From positions 4,750-68,749 of the IMG/VR virus record IMGVR_UViG_3300045963_000147: a DNA stretch of 64,000 bases; one strand, written 5' to 3'. The notes under the pieces were generated by a model that was not told the DNA's origin, did no database searches, and saw nothing but the letters and a program-made list of their open reading frames with translations. The stretch is from a virus. Positions within the stretch are counted from its first letter, which is position 1. Each line of letters begins with the position of its first letter. Positions 62,998 to 64,000 of the stretch are shown in pieces. A program made the position numbers and the translations under genes.

Positions 62998-63456
62998 TCA
63001 GTACCGGCTGAACTCGACGTTGAACGAGCCGGCGCGGATCACGTCGGCGACGCGGTCGGTGATGTCGTCGAGGCCGACGCTCTTGATCTTGTCGATCAGT
63101 TCGTCATCGAGGTTGTCGATGACGTCGGACGAGCGGTCTTCGATGACGCCCAGAACGGCCGTGTCGAATTCCTCGGAGGCCAGCACGGCGCTGACTGCTT
63201 TCTCGATGAACTCGTCGGCCGGAGCGCGCTTGTCGATTTCTTCGGCCAGGAAGTCCACGACGGCGCCGGGCTGATTGCGGATCGCCGTCATCACGGCGGC
63301 GTCGAACTTCGCGGTGTTGTCTTTCGGGTAACGCAGCTCGTTTTCGAGCGCGTCGATGCGCTCGACCAGCGGCGTAGCCAGTTGTGAGAAGACGGAGGCC
63401 AGTGCGTTCTCGATGAGTGACGCGATGGCGAGTGCGGCGGGGGATGGTGTGGCCAT
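62998..63456 (-). CDS. Hypothetical acidic helical protein
   Basis: 152 aa. Confidence 0.7.
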   Translation of the reverse strand: MATPSPAALAIASLIENALASVFSQLATPLVERIDALENELRYPKDNTAKFDAAVMTAIRNQPGAVVDFLAEEIDKRAPADEFIEKAVSAVLASEEFDTAVLGVIEDRSSDVIDNLDDELIDKIKSVGLDDITDRVADVIRAGSFNVEFSRY

Positions 63457-63457
63457 G

Positions 63458-63643
63458 TCAGTCCTTGACGTGTGGGTAGAGAGCTTTGTCTTCGTCGCTG
63501 GCCGGACCGATGTCGATCCAGCCGATCGCGACCCAGTCCTTGCGGATGCCGTTGTCGATGACGACGGGGTAGACGTCTTCGTTGCCCGAGACCATCTTCC
63601 AGGGGTTGAGGTGGTCGCGGGGTACGGTCTTGGGTTCGTTCAT
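63458..63643 (-). CDS. Hypothetical protein
   Basis: 61 aa, KDWVAIGWI. Confidence 0.65.
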   Translation of the reverse strand: MNEPKTVPRDHLNPWKMVSGNEDVYPVVIDNGIRKDWVAIGWIDIGPASDEDKALYPHVKD

Positions 63644-63990
63644 GCGTAGGCCTTTTCAGTGATGCGGTTGGTGACGCGCACGACGGTTTGAGCGTCGCGG
63701 TAGGCCGCGTCGCCGTGCTCGATGCGGGCACGAAGTTCAGAAGAGCTTCGGTACTGAGACCCTGGCAGTGAGCTGACCGAGGTCTTGCTCTGCTGGATCG
63801 TGGTGCTGGGGCTGTAGCTGTCGCTGTTGACGAGCCAGCCTTCTTCGGGGCAGAACACGGCGAGCGGGAAGTGGTAGCCGTAGCTGTAGGCCGCGTAGAG
63901 GCCGTTGCTGATTTCGGCGAAGACGTTGCCCGTCCTGAAGGTCTTCCGCTGCCGGATGAGGTGGCCGGCTTCACGTTGAGAAATCGCCAT
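63640..63990 (-). CDS. Hypothetical protein
   Basis: 116 aa, YSYGYHFPLA...N.DSYSPST. Confidence 0.7.
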   Translation of the reverse strand: MAISQREAGHLIRQRKTFRTGNVFAEISNGLYAAYSYGYHFPLAVFCPEEGWLVNSDSYSPSTTIQQSKTSVSSLPGSQYRSSSELRARIEHGDAAYRDAQTVVRVTNRITEKAYA

Positions 63991-64000
63991 TTACTTCAGT

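Larger units (their letters stand above)
1..64000. mobile_element. Temperate podovirus-like bacteriophage genome, free (non-integrated) form, probably circularly permuted
   Basis: Complete packaging, head, lysis, replication and integration modules; intact attP; no tape-measure or sheath gene; both window ends lie in the same minus-strand arm. Confidence 0.95.

Noticed and set aside
105-63990. Stop-codon recoding
   Set aside because: Core genes are full length under the standard code.

Overview
The whole window is one high-GC, temperate, podovirus-like tailed-phage genome in the non-integrated state (intact attP); no host chromosomal genes are visible. It looks circularly permuted and nearly complete. 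A minus-strand early/replication arm (57.2-64 kb and 1-19.2 kb) encodes DNA ligase, xis/int/attP for tRNA-Val(GAC), family A DNA polymerase, SNF2 helicase, PD-(D/E)XK nuclease, a MoxR-VWA-peptidase cluster, a DGQHR/ParB-like protein, an AEP primase-SF3 helicase and many small ORFs. A plus-strand late arm (19.5-57.1 kb) encodes TerS, TerL, a P22-like portal, scaffold, N4-gp56-like capsid, fibre modules, lysis genes, tail and ejection proteins and a 3165-aa polyvalent protein. The most unusual signals are: (1) five copies of a fixed-geometry double-hairpin element, each heading one small early gene (16.9-19.2 kb); (2) a pair of ~135-bp iteron-containing elements in inverted orientation about 42.6 kb apart (candidate twin origins); (3) a nucleotidyltransferase module bracketed by RxxNE[QM] motifs in the giant virion protein; (4) two parallel subunit + 20-aa-repeat fibre modules; (5) an ORF upstream of terL carrying near-exact DNA copies of two TerL catalytic motifs. 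All family assignments come from motif recognition by eye, not from database searches.
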